DNA of 64,000 nt. Origin: Takakia lepidozioides (lineage: Eukaryota; Plantae; Bryophyta). A model generated the notes under the pieces. The model was not told where the DNA came from, searched no databases, and saw only the letters and a program-made list of their open reading frames with translations. The position numbers and the translations under genes are program-made. The DNA lies in the NCBI GenBank assembly GCA_030704615.1, contig CM060733.1, forward strand, positions 15,190,001 to 15,254,000, written 5' to 3'. This document shows positions 12,949 through 27,113 of the stretch, one piece after another (the stretch's first letter is position 1; each line of letters opens with the position of its first letter).

Positions 12949-15900
12949 TCAATGAGAACGGAACAGACGATCAAGATGGAGAAGGTGGCCACGGACATGG
13001 TATACATGCACCGAATACAATGTGGCTGCCAGAAAAACAGCACCAAATGAAAAAGAAATGGGAATGCCGAAGTCCTGAAACAACCAAAGACATGCAGAGA
13101 TTTAGGGTTCAGTGTCCATCCCTCCAATGTAAAGAAAACATAGTTTACACAAAGTAGATCAGCATAAAAAAGGACATTACTTCTCATCTCTCTCTGCCAA
13201 CCAGAGCCATAACATGTGTAGGTTCAACAAAAATTACGAAGCTTGATACACAGAAAAGACATGGCGTCTGAATCCAGTTCAACTACATATCATACCTGGG
13301 GATGAGAAACAACCATGCCCATGGCGTAGGTTAGCATGTCCATTATAGCCTGCAATGAATTCTGAACCCCACCTACCACCCCTCTTTCTGCTTCTGGCAC
13401 TGATTCCTGCAATCCCAAAACCACACAATCGCATTTAGATGTAGCAACTGAAGGTCTTTATTTTTGGCTGTGACTACAATATTCTATTTGGTTTCAATGG
13501 TTTAGGCGATGGTCTTGCACAGGAGCAACTGTTTTCTAGATTCAATTGTACTGAAGATCTTTACTCCAACCCCTTGCCCATTCTGTTTCAATCGGCACTA
13601 AGGTGCTTCTGTGATTGCTGTGCAAGCTTTCTAAGAAACTCCTCTCATGTTTGTTGAAACAGGACATTTAGACCATAACCATAACTGCAGGCTGCCAATT
13701 CAGACACTGATTTCTTGAGTAAAATATCATGCTCAACCAACGAAGACTACCAGTATGAAGACTCAAACTTGAGAACTAATCTACACCCTATATCCTTCAA
13801 CACACAGATCAGACAAGAAGGGGAAGAGTTTTTTCCTGCATGAGCTGGGTGACAGAGAGATCAAACATCCAAAGGCCAAGGCGTGAGGCTGAGACACCAC
13901 CAATCAGTAGACCTGCTGCTACACTCGAGCTACGGACCCAAATTGAAGCCACACATAATGAGAGCAAAGAGCACTGGATTTGGCACACATAGTCAACCAG
14001 TTAGATTCAATTTTTTGGCTATAAAGCGCTTGCAAGAGAAAGATAACCCAACATTCCCTCACTTGCAGCCATAGACCCCATGAGATACTACCTTCCAAAC
14101 CTGATGGAGCTGTTATCCCATGAGAGAGAGGGAGAAAGAGAGAGAATGAACTCATAAGACATTTGCCGTAGGGACCAGAGAGGGAGAGAGAGAGATTCCT
14201 CATTATGGCACCATGTGGACACTATGCGAGAATCCATCAGACCTGATAGGCAACATGCACGTCTGACCCCACTAAACACGTGTTCAATAGGATAGACAAG
14301 TGCTTCAGAATCAAGAACCATAGATTTCACTCACTCTCTTAATGGACAATAATTCATACCTAAGACTATTAGAATACCTTCCCAGGGGACAATTTCAACA
14401 ACCAATATTTTTGTTAGCTTCGAAAGAACCCAATCAAATGCTACTGCCTCACAATCACACCCTGAATTGCTGGCCCCATACCTAATCCTTGACCGCTTCT
14501 GGTACTAACTGCTCTTATATATGAACTCCCATTCTCTGCAAGGGCCATTCAAATTCAGGAAAAACTTGATGATGCATCCCTTCTTATATGAGACAGTCAA
14601 TCAAACATACCTGCAACCAAATGGACCAAAGACCTGTGCGAATCGTTTGCAGGCGAGCATGTACTGATGGGTAGACAACCGTTGCTAGGATTCCCACCAA
14701 AGCTGCTCCTCCCCGGGCCAGGCCCAAAATGTAAGGTGGCAGCCCTCTCCACTTCAAAACTGCAGTCATCAATGTCCCAAAGCTGGCAAAAGTTGCAAGA
14801 TCGGGGATCTGATTAGACATTATGCGGACTTCTTTTTACTGCAGATGAGGCGAATAAAAGCAAGAAAGAAATCTTTCTTCAAACAACTTATTCCGGGAAA
14901 TACAACAGACCAAAAGTTACAACTTGGATGTTGCACAGGAGCAATGCATAGGCTTTTAGGAACGGATTACATCATGCCATCACCACATACATCGAAATTA
15001 CATGTTACGGGGAGGCAAACACTGCAAAAATTCTCCACCAAGAAACAAATGATTCGTCTACCTGTAGCACCTAAAGACTAATTGGTCCCACATTCACTAA
15101 TTGGTCCATATAAAATCATAAACACGCATCTGTTTACAGTGGGGAGCACCTCAAAACTGTGAAGTAGAGCAGAGCAAGTGCCAACCCTGCCAACATTGCC
15201 TCCTGCCTCATATAAACACCCCACCCTTCAATGACTGGCAAGTGCTGCAATCTGTGCACCAAAGCATTGCTCCATGACTTAGAGTGCATCAGCTTCCCTT
15301 GAACCAGTCCCTCTTCTTCGTCCTCAATATTTTCATTCTGCAGCAGGATCACTCATCCATTTCAGTTCGCAGGTAAGAACAGACTCATGTCTGCTCCTCT
15401 GTCATCTTTTCTCCCTGCTTTTCCTCTTATCTATTCCGTGGACATCTACCTCAGATCCCACTCCGGGAGCAAGCAATGGAGGACTCGGACCTTTGCTTGC
15501 CCTATCAATAGTCTATGCATGCCCTAATTCCGAAAACAGCAGACACCGGTCATGAAGAGTAACAGTATGCCTTCACTTCGCCTCTATCTCTCTCTTCCAC
15601 TCCGTCCAAACTTGGCATGGGTATACTCCACTAGCCTACGTCAAACCACACATGATCCCTCCATAATTTGTCCCATAGGGTATTGGGGTCCCCCCACAGC
15701 CATTATGAAGCCCCAGAACCATCACGAACCTCTATCAGGCGACCCTTTCCTTTTGCAACTCTGCCACTTTCTTCTTGCCCCACCAGCCAACTTTCAACAA
15801 AGCCCCCTGCAACTGGAGTCTCCATTACTGTGCCTTTGGTATGAGCCTTGCACTGTAAGCCAGGCATTCCCATATAAACCGAGTAAAGGAACCAGTATTC

Positions 15901-18900
15901 CAATCCAACAGAAGCAATGTTCCACACGGCAATGAAGACAGCACTTGAAATTACTGACACAGAACTCATGAGAAACCCAACAGCCACAGGTGCCAAGAGC
16001 TTGCAGCTAAGGTCAATGCGGCGCATGACTGCATTCATCCCAGTTAAGAGCCCTGGGGACTGCGATTCCGCAATCACAACTACCCTGCAGCAAATTAGAC
16101 AGTATTTGAGTCCTGAGTGCACCAACTGCTGAGAAGCCAATTAAACCACTCTGTTAGTCCATTTATGTGCCACATACGACACAGGCAAGGCTTCTTAACC
16201 ATCTGGTGAAATTTGCACTCTACCCTCCTCCTCTAGAGCAGAGCCCAAGATGTCTCCTTAAATTTCCTTCAGCTGAACATTTTGACTCCAAAGTATGCAA
16301 TTCTAAGAACCTAGAAAAGACTTGAATCACAAAGTATGCATATCATCAAGGCAGTCACCCTGTGAGAAAAGCATCAGCCTCAATCCTATTTGAGGTTGGC
16401 AAAGGGACTCTAAGCAACACCACTCAAAAAACCCACTTATGATCTCTATGGGGCAAGAAGAGAATTTCTTTCTGTACAACTTTGTTTGGGGTCATCCTCC
16501 AACTTAAAGCAACTTACAACTCTCCAAGATAGTCACATGTGAGTGGCAAGTAGTTTTAGAACAGCCTATAGAGCAGAGTAAACTCCAAGCTCACATTTGA
16601 GAGGTAACCAAAGATTAACAGAAGAGCATACAAGATTGAAAAACAAAGGAACTGGGACAAAACCTCGGGAAAAGAAACAACCAAAAAAGAAAGGAAACCA
16701 GAATGAATGCTGTCACATCAATTAGACAGCCAATCCAAGAGAGAGAGACAGTTAAGTCATGTTATGGGTTTTAGGTCATGCAGCGGCTAAAATAACTCTC
16801 CAATGACTTCATCAGTTCCCCAACAGAGGATGCTGACCCGATGAGTTTCTGTGCAACATGTCAAGACTCAGCTAAGACAGTGTGTTTGGCATTCAGATCA
16901 TAGGAAACACAAGAATAAAAACCACAAAGAGGGAGGGAGAGAGAGAGAGAGAGAGATTCTAAATTTAAACTAATCAAGATACAAACTGATGAGATTTGTA
17001 TAATGCTATTATGAGACCTTCCGACACAACTAAGCAGCAACATTGGGAACACAAAGGTAGTGGAGAAACGTAGCAATATATATGCCACTCCCCAATTGAC
17101 TTTGTTCAGGATGCAATAAATGACACCAACCTGAATAGAGGCCTTAGCTACATACCGGAGGGTTTGCATAGCCAACTTACCAATCACGCTCAACGATAAT
17201 ATTGCTCGCAAGACCAGCAAGAGCACCAAATGCGCCAAAAGTGTTGACAAGAACCACCAGTGCAATGAAAGCCTTAAAACCCCCAGGAGCAGACCCTGGA
17301 TGAAGCAACAGCACAACCACCGCCAATGCAGCTGCAACTACTGATCCATTCTGTACACCCAATGATATCTGCACCACCTGCCCTTTACCCAACCCTGGCT
17401 TTTTTTAAATAATCACTGCCCCTCTGTACAGCCATAGCCGTTGCTCCACCACCCACCCCACTTTCCTTTATTTTCTGCTACATCCAAACCAGCTGGGGTG
17501 CATGACCTCAAGGCCAGGACAAGCAAAGTTGGATGAGTATATATTTCCTGTCAGGAATGGAGGCAAGAACCCAAATATTTTTTGTATTCCTGGGAAAATC
17601 CCACACAGCCTTGAAAATCCTGGTAATGTGATGCGGTAGGGCCAAAGGGAGACAAAGAAAGGTGAACTCCTTACAACTCATCAGACTGTGGATGCAGCAA
17701 CCTTTGTGAGCTCACACCCCACACCCAGTTTGATACAGCATGAAGAGAAAGAGATGCATACCCTCAGCCCCGGCCTTTTATCCACCCAACCTCCAACAAC
17801 GACACCCATGGCTGCCACTGATGCAGCTTCCACCAAACCATAGATGGCTGCCAATAGTAAGGAATTGGGCCAAACTTCTATCATGAACAGTCCCACAGCA
17901 AACTCCCACATTCTGTGTGATGCAACCATGGATCAGAATACATCTGCTACAAAAGGATCTGTTTGTTCGACCATAAAATCCAGACGCGCAAGATCAAAGG
18001 TTTCCTCAGAGAAAGTGAGACAATTAGACAGAGAGAGGAAGCATTTGCGAATTGATCACTACCACGATAAAAAGTTCACCCACATTTGAGCAAATGGAAG
18101 AATACTGCTGCGTCCTTCACAAATGGTTCTACAATTTTCACTTTACAGGTGCTTGACCAGAAAACAAGTGAGAGCAAAAACAACACCCTCTCAGGGTATC
18201 AATTACCACACAAGAAACAGACTGTCGTTGCCTTCCTCTTGCACTCTAACAGCAAGGTCATTTAACAACCTGACAGCAGGAGCAGACAAGAATGCCTCTC
18301 CCAAATAGAGGGCGCAACAAACAATTTCATTTAAAGCATTGTAATATCTTTGGTAAAGGCACTGCAATAGAGAAACCAGGGGAATGAAGAACAAAGAACA
18401 CCAAAAATATTGTAGCTTCTATCATCCTATATAGCGAGAGGTACTAGAAAGAAGGGAGGTTGGACAGGGCGAGAGAAATGAAATGAAATAAAATGAGAGA
18501 AAGGCAGGAAAAGGGGAGAAGGACAGGGAAGTAGAGAAATGACAAAGGAGAATATCAGAAACACCTGTCCCCCCATCTCGAAAGAAAATGGCTACAGTAG
18601 AGATAGCGAACCAAAAGGTCCACTTGTTTCTTCTCCGCGAGCCCCTCCATGTCTCTCTCCATCCTGCTCAATTGCTCACTAGTCTCATGTATTTGTCCAG
18701 ACCGTGATTCATAGCCGGAACCACCGTCTCCAGAAATCCAACCAACTCCTCGGACCCCAGCTTCTTCGGAGACATTCTTTGTGGACGTGCTTGAATCCTG
18801 TTCACCATAGCCTGTTCCAGATGAGGATCCCTCTGGAAAGGATGAGAGGTTTTCGTCACCATATGATTTTTCTTCACTTACTAACACTTCTGAGTGAGAC

Positions 18901-18953
18901 AGAAGAGGGGAGAGCTCCAACAGGTGAGGAGAGTCCCCGCTGGCTGCCTCCAT
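12949..18953 (-). CDS. IREG/FPN: Ferroportin / IREG (SLC40) metal exporter, multi-exon
   Basis: Exonic peptides YLYCSHFLSRWGDR, MWEFAVGLFMIEVWPNSLLLAAIYGLVE, IIVERDW, MNAVMRRIDLSCKLLAPVAVG, LALLYFTVL, FGTLMTAVLKWRG, SRLGLWMFDLSVTQLMQ, ESVPEAERGVVGGVQNSLQ and final exon DFGIPISFSF...RSH* (13074-12949). Confidence 0.92.
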
Positions 18954-20164
18954 CGCCGAGGTCCAATGCAGGATGCCAGAATCCGCCCAAACAAATGCCC
19001 CAAAACAACTTGCTGCAAGTAGGTGCTTACTATCTTTTGCGGTGCTTACTTGGGCCTGGATACAAACTTTGGGGATTTTGATACCTGTACTTCAGACTCA
19101 GAGAGTGATCCCGGGGCAGGTTGGCCATGCCTTGTAACTTGGGTCCACTTTTGTGGGTCCTATGCATTTCACATTTGATGGAATGATCTTTGTCAAGTCA
19201 CCTCCTTGCAAGAAGGACTGGACCTCATTACGACGAGGCCACGCAAAATTCAGAGGCCTTTTCCTCAACCGAACTTGTCTGATTCTTTGTAAAATGTTGG
19301 GAGAGAGAGAAGACTCGGGCCAAAACCGGCATAACTAAGAGCCACTTACACGGCTACTAACTGTTCGGATGGGAGTGTTTGGTTGGATGTTGAGCAAAAT
19401 TGGTTGAGGTTTAAATTGAATCTTATCTGCCCAGCAAAAGTTATGGCCAGTTTAAAAGGTGGCAGGAGAAAAAACCTGGTTGTATGGGTTCTGATTCTCA
19501 AGAAAAGACTATATACCCATGTCATATTTCAGGTTTGAATAAATGGGAGAGGTAGAAACTCTCTCCAAACTTTCATGGTCAGCATTCCTTTCTGAAGTTA
19601 GGCCAGTGAAAGAAGGTCGACCTAGTGGGAATCTGAGTAGCACGCTTGCTAATGGGTGTCACACATGCCCTTCTGTGGAGGTAGAAGTCTTCGGACAAGA
19701 CTCATAGAATCCGAGTTCAGAGTAGAAGTGAGCTGCCAGTGTGAAATGTGAGAAGCAATCTTTAATATCAAATCAGATGTGTCCCAACAAGAAGCTGTCA
19801 AGACTGATGACTTGGAAATATCCCGCTCTACAGCAGTACTCTGTAACAAAAAGGACAAAAAAAGTTAGTACCAAAGACTGGACATTGTCCATAGGCAACC
19901 TGATTCGCACTAAGCCTGAGAGAGACAGACGACAAACAGAGAGTGTTCCTTCCTGTCTATCTCATGGTGTCATGACCTATGCGTGGGCCAGAGTCCGTTT
20001 TAATGCTGATGGGCTCCAGCTGAACAAACGCCAAAGGATGCTACCAATTACAAAAAAAACTTCTGAGAGAACTTTGAGAGAGGCCTACTGACCTCACGAA
20101 AGCTCAACAAAAACAGCCAGCGAGAAAACAATGACGGAATTGTGAGGGTGGGCAAAGAGCCGAA

Positions 20165-20430
20165 ATGATGACCACCGATTTGGCCCAGTTAATCTTCTAT
20201 CCAAACTCATCACTGAAGGTTTGCCGAGCCTTACAAACTTTGGAAACATTGCTTCTAGAGGAGTTATTGACAAGGAGGACAGAGTCATCAGCATATAGAG
20301 GAACTTTGATATCCTTCCTAGGTTGGGGGTCGGAGGGGATGGTAAGCCCCACAATGTCGTTTGTGGATTCCATAAGATGACCAAGAGCATCTGCCGCAAG
20401 TAAGAAGAGAAAGCTGCCAGGGGGCGACCG
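20165..20430 (-). mobile_element. LINE (L1-type) reverse transcriptase fragment
   Basis: FLFLLAADALGHL...VGL...PLYADDSVLL...F...G*KINWAKS: YADD box and downstream motif typical of L1 RT; contains a stop. Confidence 0.7.
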
Positions 20431-20569
20431 GAGGTTTTGAGGGGATTTAGGAAGGTGTGCACGCTCAGGCTGGGCATTCGCGTGCTTCTCTCTGAACAGA
20501 TCAATCGTGAACGGAGTTGTGGATGTGGGTCTTTCGGTGCTGAAGGAGGTGAGAGGCGGGGAAGGGAAA

Positions 20570-23500
20570 ATGGATGCACTTGCAGCGTTTCTGGTGCAGA
20601 AGCGAGAGGAGCATTTGGAGAAGTCGTCTGAGGGTGGGACGCTGGGTGATTTGCATTTGGAGTCATCAGGTACGGGAAGTATCAATGGTAGGTGTTGGGT
20701 CTTTTTCCCAGGTGCAACGTACTGCATTCGAGTGTACTCTGACCATGAATTGATCCTTGTGCAGCTCTTCTGCAATCATCAGATGTAAAAAAGTGAGGTT
20801 GACTGAGAGGGTAAGAGCCGGAATTCATATAAATGTGGGGAACCCCTCTGCATTTTTGGCAGCATGTGAATGTGCGTTCTTCTGGGCAATTATGTGTGCA
20901 GAGGCATTGGCAAATGGCTACTTAAACTATTTTAGCAAGCAAAGGGAGCAAGAGCAACCGAGTGGTGCACCAGATCCCCGTCCAAAAGGTGCACTATCTT
21001 TGGTTTTCTGTCCTTTAGCGACCTTAGATAACAGTAACAGACAGACATAACTGTAGTGTCGTATTGCATGGTTGGCAGACAACCTCAGTTTGGTTGCCAA
21101 TCTACAAAGCATGGCCAACATTGTATGTTAGGGTCTTCAGGAACCAGCAACAATCAAACATTCCCTGTTAGTTAGTCTTCAGGATTCATAAACCTGAAAT
21201 CACTACTAGGCTGTTCGATATGATTTGTCTATTGCTCATGTGACGAAACTCAAAGAACCTTTGCACTGGTGTCTGACTCATCATTTTGTCATATTGCCAC
21301 ACAGTAATCCATGAATAATGTGTTGCAGATGCAGAAGGGAACTGTGCAATCTGTATGCTGATAGCATTGAAATCAGCCAACTAGTTTCAAATTACCTTGA
21401 GTCAGCTGCAATAGACACTGACATAACTGCTTCTGCAACCTACTCACAAGCTCTCAAGCCGACCAACTGTTGCAGCATGCCATAAGATCTAGTCTTCTGT
21501 CAATCCCATGCAGTCATTGACACTCTAGTCAATGACTTATAGAACTTTATTTCCTCTGTCGTGCTTATTCACGACAAGTGTGCTCCCTGTGCAGGAAAGC
21601 AACCCAAGCACCAAGGCATTATCTACCTCAGAAGAATTCAGGCCCTTATGCCATTCTTATCACCTTATGTCGGTATGCCTTATCTTTTTTCTTTCTGTTT
21701 CTGTTTGCGGAGAAGAGAGCCTGAATAAGGAAGGTGGGTAAAAACTCATTGAGAAAAGAAGTGAAAGGGAGTAATAGAGATGTTTGTGCCAATGTTGTGA
21801 CCACGGACCAAGGTACAGTTTTCATTATGTTTTTAGCATGTTTCTAGTGCCGGGGAAAAAAGTCCCTTGTAGAAGAAATGTCATGGCAAATATGGTGGTG
21901 CTGCAGAGCCATGCAGGAAGGTAAAGCCTAGGAACTGATTGATGCTGCTGAAGCAAGTGGCCTCTTACGCTTACCCATTGAGTAAGAAATGAAATGAAAT
22001 GGTGCTTTATAACGTCCACGGAAAGTAAGAGAAAGTAGCCCTGGGATGAGCTCCTTGGTTCTTAGAGGCTTAGATTGATCCAATCCATGTATATTTTTTT
22101 TCCATGTAGTTCTGGACTGAAAGTGAATTGGGGAAAGAGCAGGCCCAACAAAGGTGTTATCCCACCAAGGTTTGGTTCCGGTCCTCAGTATTCGTACTCT
22201 GGCTGGAACTCCATGAAGCCTCTCATTGAGAAAGGCCTGGTGATCAAGAAAAACAATCCTGCCAAGTGAGTGCCACCACCTTCCAGTTTAACCTTATTCT
22301 GTCTCCCGAGGCTCTGTCAGCTTCAACTTCCATTGACTTCTCACCTCCAAATAGGTATGCTTCACATCCAGACCTGACTCAACGATCACAATTACGGGGG
22401 CTTTGTGTATGGTAACTTGGCAACCTGTATAAGCGTCATTGCTGTACGTGTTATAGAGAGAAAGATAACTCCTGCTGAAGCCAGCGTAAATAACATATAA
22501 GAGCCACTTCACCTTGTGACTGCCCCCTGTCATGGGTGAGCTATATGTATTACAGACCTATCACTGCTGATACTTCTCACTAGATGTGGCATCAGGTGGG
22601 AGGAACAAAAGCTCTTTTTGTTATGACTGCAGGAAGAGACAGGCCAGAGCTCACCCCTCAAACTACCTACAAAACAACTCAAGTTTTTACTAATAGCCTT
22701 TGGTGCCATTCAGGTACATGCTGATCGATATGGGTAAGACAACAGCACAGGACTGTATGGTGAGGTCAGGCCTGGGGGTTGAAAAGGATCCTAGCCAGGG
22801 TTCACCTATGGAGGAGGATATGGAAAGGGATGAGGGTTGCAGACAGGAATCGCTGGGGGAACTGGATGCTCGAGGCCCACAACATTCTTCAAGTATTCAG
22901 AGTGGATCCCAACACCGCACTATGGGCAGTTTTTCAGAAAGAGACACCATTTTGGAAATGAACAGGGTTACTGTATGAAAATTCATTACTCAAGCCTCAA
23001 ATGTGAAAAGATACCTGGTCTGGTTAAGGTTTTTCTGCTTATGGATGGTCTAGAAAAGTCCTCAAGGGAGCTTTGACTATCATCCTTCTGCAAAAAGTTT
23101 CGATGGTTTCAGGTCAAAACTGAATGGCTGTGTGAAAGCTGACAAAGACCCTCTGCATAGAGTACATTTGCATTCGGGAATTCTCATAAATTGTAGAGGG
23201 AGGTAGGAAATGTAAATAAACCTGTGTAAGTGGGCATGGCTGGTTCTTTAGAGGCTGCTGGAGCAGATCGGTACCAAGTTCCATTTGATGTTGCAGCCCC
23301 TGCTACATAGAATAGTCACATTGATTTGAACCAGAAAATTTGCTAAAGGTAGACTAGACATTTTGTGTGTTGCCTCCAAGAGATCAAAATGGAGACAATT
23401 TTTTGTCTAGCTGCATCCCCAGCCATTCATCCAATTAGTAAACTCAAATAGCTGTAAGACCTTAAAACCATCATCAACGCAGAATTCTGAGGTTTGGCCA

Positions 23501-25560
23501 TGACAGATGAGTCAAAACCTGCCCTTGGAAGATCCCTTATCCTTGACTTTTCTGGCCATCCAGTGAAGTCTATTCCTGTTAAGTGAAGATGTCATCCTTA
23601 CCTCTTTCTGATGGAGTAACAGTTGGTGTTCTATCTTTCTCCACCCTGCTGCCATAGCCCTTGCCTAACAGGAACTCCAAGGCATGTGCCCACAGGTCTT
23701 TGTCTGGCAAACCCTCCCCTGTAGCTCGCTGCAATGCAACACGGATCTCTGGCTCTTTGAATCCCATTGACTTCAGCTGTACCCCCATGATTGCCAAAAT
23801 GTGGCGGCCTCAGTTTTCCAGAATTTCAATAAACACAACTATGAGCCCACATCCATGGTAAGACACCATAAGCACTCCAGTTTGTGATATGGGCTGTGTA
23901 GGGATAGATACAGAGATAGTGGGGAAGGGGATGTGGGAGAAGAGATTAGCTACTATTTGGTCTTCCTATGCATAGGTCTGAGAGTCTGTGATTACAGTTT
24001 TCAGCAAGGTCCAGGAGATAAGAGAAGCATGAATTGGTGGTGAACATAGCAGGGCCTGCTAGCTCCAGGACTGGTGGAGGAGAAGCAAGCACCTTAGGAG
24101 GTAGTGAACTGGCAGTGCCACCTCTGGATGTGGGTGAAAGTTTGGTGCAAGTCTACGACATGGTTCTCGTTCTAGATACACGGGAGCAGATTCGACATAA
24201 CACTACGGGGTAGACCCTTTTCGTTCATTTCTTGAGGCCAAGCAAAATACGTCCACTATCTCTGCAAGAGGCATGGATTGCTTTTGAGACAACGTTTTAT
24301 CATGGAGAGGCTTGCTGCCAGTTAGAGGGTAAAGCCACTGAAGGCTTGGTGGGACCAGATGCTCTTCTCTTTATGCACAAATGGCTCTTACCAATATTGC
24401 ATGCAGAACTGGCTCACTTCAGAAGTTTGCTGATCGGCTCCGTGATCAATACAATGTGAATGTTGAGGTCGGTATTGTGTCTGCAGTTTAGCTTTCCATC
24501 TTCTTAAACTGAACTGCAATATTACTGCTCATGCAGTTATTAGATTTTGCCATGACGATGGGATGATGAGTTAAGTAATGGGATGAAATTTGCAAGAAAA
24601 ATTTAGTTAACAGGACAGCAACTTCTTATATTACAATGTAATTCAGGCTGATGTTACAGACTTTTTAGAACTGCGAATGATCCGGCCAGTGCACTCTAAT
24701 GTCACCCTATTTGATAGGTTATTACAAATTTATCATGTGTTCAATTACAGATAAGGCAACTGCCAGTGGGTGATGCAACATGGATTGCAAGGCACAAGCA
24801 GCGAGATCAGGAGTATGTGTTGGGCTTCATGCAAACCCTAAATGTGGGTTTGTAAGATGCTGAAGGTGGGGAATATTGCGCGACAAAAACAAAAAAAAAC
24901 CGCTTCCAGATAGAGCCCTCCTCCCAACCGTAGGAACACAGGGTTTGTTGTGTTCCACCCCCGAGCTCATGCCGAATTTTGAACTCGGCGCCTCGGGGAG
25001 GAGCATGTTGTCCAAGGACTTAACGTCTTTAATGGACAGTATATTAAGTGTAATTACAATTATTGATGATTTGTGCTCATTAATTCTGGTGAAACACATG
25101 AGCACGCTAAGGGCATCGAGACAGTTGGAGACGCTCTAACCTTAACACAAGACTAAGAAAGAGCGTCGATGATCTCTGACAGTCCATCAAAGACACCTGC
25201 TACAAGCAGCAAAAGCTCCGCCTTTTTCTATGCATCTACACTGTTGGTTTGTTATTGGAACACGGTTCTCTTAAACAAGCATATCCGTCTGATTGACCAA
25301 GAGGTTGTTGTGTATAGGACATTCACAACCGAGATTTTGGAAGGATTTGATGTTCAGCGGACTCGTGACGCAAATGACACGATAGCAAGATATGGTGAAT
25401 TGACTCTTGCAATTACTGATCGATACTCGATGGAGTTTGGAATATCCCGTGCAGATTGTCTACTACTGTCTGCCAGACCTTCAAGGATTTTGTGGAGCAC
25501 TGCAGCTTGAGATGGAGCGAATCAGTGATGTCTTGGTGTCCAATTGATGCAAGTTGGCCA
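20570..25560 (+). pseudogene. MUS81: MUS81 crossover-junction endonuclease pseudogene (stops, frameshifts, insertion, internal inversion)
   Basis: Exon peptides LAAFLVQKREEH (~20580), GIGKWLLKLF (~20903), YLPQKNSGPYAILITL (~21620), YSGWNSMKPLIEKGLVIKKNNPAK (~22200), YMLIDMGKTTAQDCMVRSGL (~22715), PPLDVGESLVQVYDMVLVLDTREQ (~24118), IRQLPVGDATWIARHKQRDQEYVLGF (~24750), RKSVDDL*QSIKDTCYKQQKLRL (~25157; ERKxxxD motif region with a stop) and FTTEILEGFDVQRT (~25323). Confidence 0.85.
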
Positions 25561-26867
25561 TCCTGTTTCTAGTTAATGTCACATGACTAATGCCAACGTT
25601 AGTGAGGAAATATGAGACTCCCTGCAGGTGTGCCCTCTTCTTGTGTTCACCTGGTTAGAATTTCTTTCCGTTTTACAGCTCCTGTTGATTGTTTCAGGGT
25701 TTCAATTGGCAGTTGCTTTACAGGATGTTGTAGAAGTAGGTTGAGACTTTTTCCGTTAACATCACTACAGAGCGTAATCAAAACTTGCTGGTAATTACTT
25801 GATCTGTCTCTGGACCACCCACAGCATATGGTGCTTACACTGGCTGAATCAAGTGGTGTGGGAATGGGGGAGGACCTTTCAGAACTGACCTTCAGAACAC
25901 CTTTGACGTGCATTTGATGGGTGGGCTTGCAGGTGCGTAACGTAATGGAAGATATGGCTTTGTCAATTCTGGACCGATATCCAACTCTCCTTTCACTTGC
26001 CCAAGCATACTCAAAACTTGTATGTTTTAAACTTGAATTTTAGAATGCGCTGATGGTGGATGGGATCTAGGAAAGTTTGATATGTCCTTTCCATACCTCA
26101 ATTTAGTAGCAAGTACAACTGTGTACAGAATAGAGTGCTTGGTGAGTGCTTGACTGGTTCAGCCTCATCTTTCAAATTAAATTCTAGCATCTCCAAGAGA
26201 ATGTAGTCATAAGACATTGGCTGCTACGACTTTCCAACCACCATTCTCCCATACTCGACTGAAAGTGTGTTAGTCATTAGACACATCATCTTCCACGTCT
26301 TTAGACACATCACCTTCCTTTAGCACATGGTTCCTCCCGTGTGTTAGTGGCCGGTTTCCCCTCTACTAATGGCAATCTCCCAATCACCTTGATTGCCTCT
26401 CGTGTGTCTACGCCCTGACTGTGTGTAACTCCACTTGGGGGTGTAACTCACACTTGGTCTCGAACTTTGACTAAGTCCAAATTTGGCTAAGAAGAGACCG
26501 GGGTTATAGAGGGTTAGGATACTGACACCCGGATTACATTTCAATAGCCTTCCCATCAAGAATCGAACCCAATATTTCGCAGCCTGCACTTACCAACATT
26601 CTTCAGTATATTTACTAGTGAAACCGAGGAAAGACTCATATTTGTACTAGGTGGCAAGGATGGAAGCAATCCAAGCTCGGTAATAGGAGTGCTCTGGGAG
26701 CGGTGATAGGTGAGGCATATCCAGTGAGAGAGGGTGTGTGGTTGCACAGCTTCATCTCCAGCTCCAGCTCTAGCTTGCACAGCTCCCTTCACTCCAACAT
26801 CATTCCTCACTCTTGTCTGCACAACAAGGCCTTGGAGGGAAGTGGGGGAGTATTGCAGCTTCGCACA

Positions 26868-27113
26868 ATGGCATCCTTTGCGCTTGCATTGCCCATGGGG
26901 CAGGTGATGATGAGCGCTGCAAAGACGGAGAAGAAGGGATTCTTAGACTGGCTGGGCGGTGCTCTGGACAAGGCGGAGATATCAGAGTTGGACCCCGTCC
27001 TGAAGAAGGTGGAGGGAAAGAATGGCGCGGCCACTGGCAAGCCTGCAGCCGAGAAGAAAGGCTCCGGCCCTGCTCCTCAAAAGAAGGCCGGGCTTTTTGG
27101 AGGCAAAAAGTGA
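26868..27113 (+). CDS. TSP9: Thylakoid soluble phosphoprotein TSP9-like, intronless, 81 aa
   Basis: MASFALALPM...EKKGFLDWLGGALDKAEISELDPVLKKVEGK...AGLFGGKK: short transit-like N-terminus, DPxLKKVE core and Gly/Lys-rich tail. Confidence 0.75.
   Translation: MASFALALPMGQVMMSAAKTEKKGFLDWLGGALDKAEISELDPVLKKVEGKNGAATGKPAAEKKGSGPAPQKKAGLFGGKK

Noticed and set aside
22075-22980. LINE remnant (SGLKVNWGKS-like peptide)
   Set aside because: The adjoining peptides are MUS81 exons.
23579-23797. Independent UBA-domain or DRM gene
   Set aside because: Better explained as inverted MUS81 exons; no other exons of such a gene were seen.
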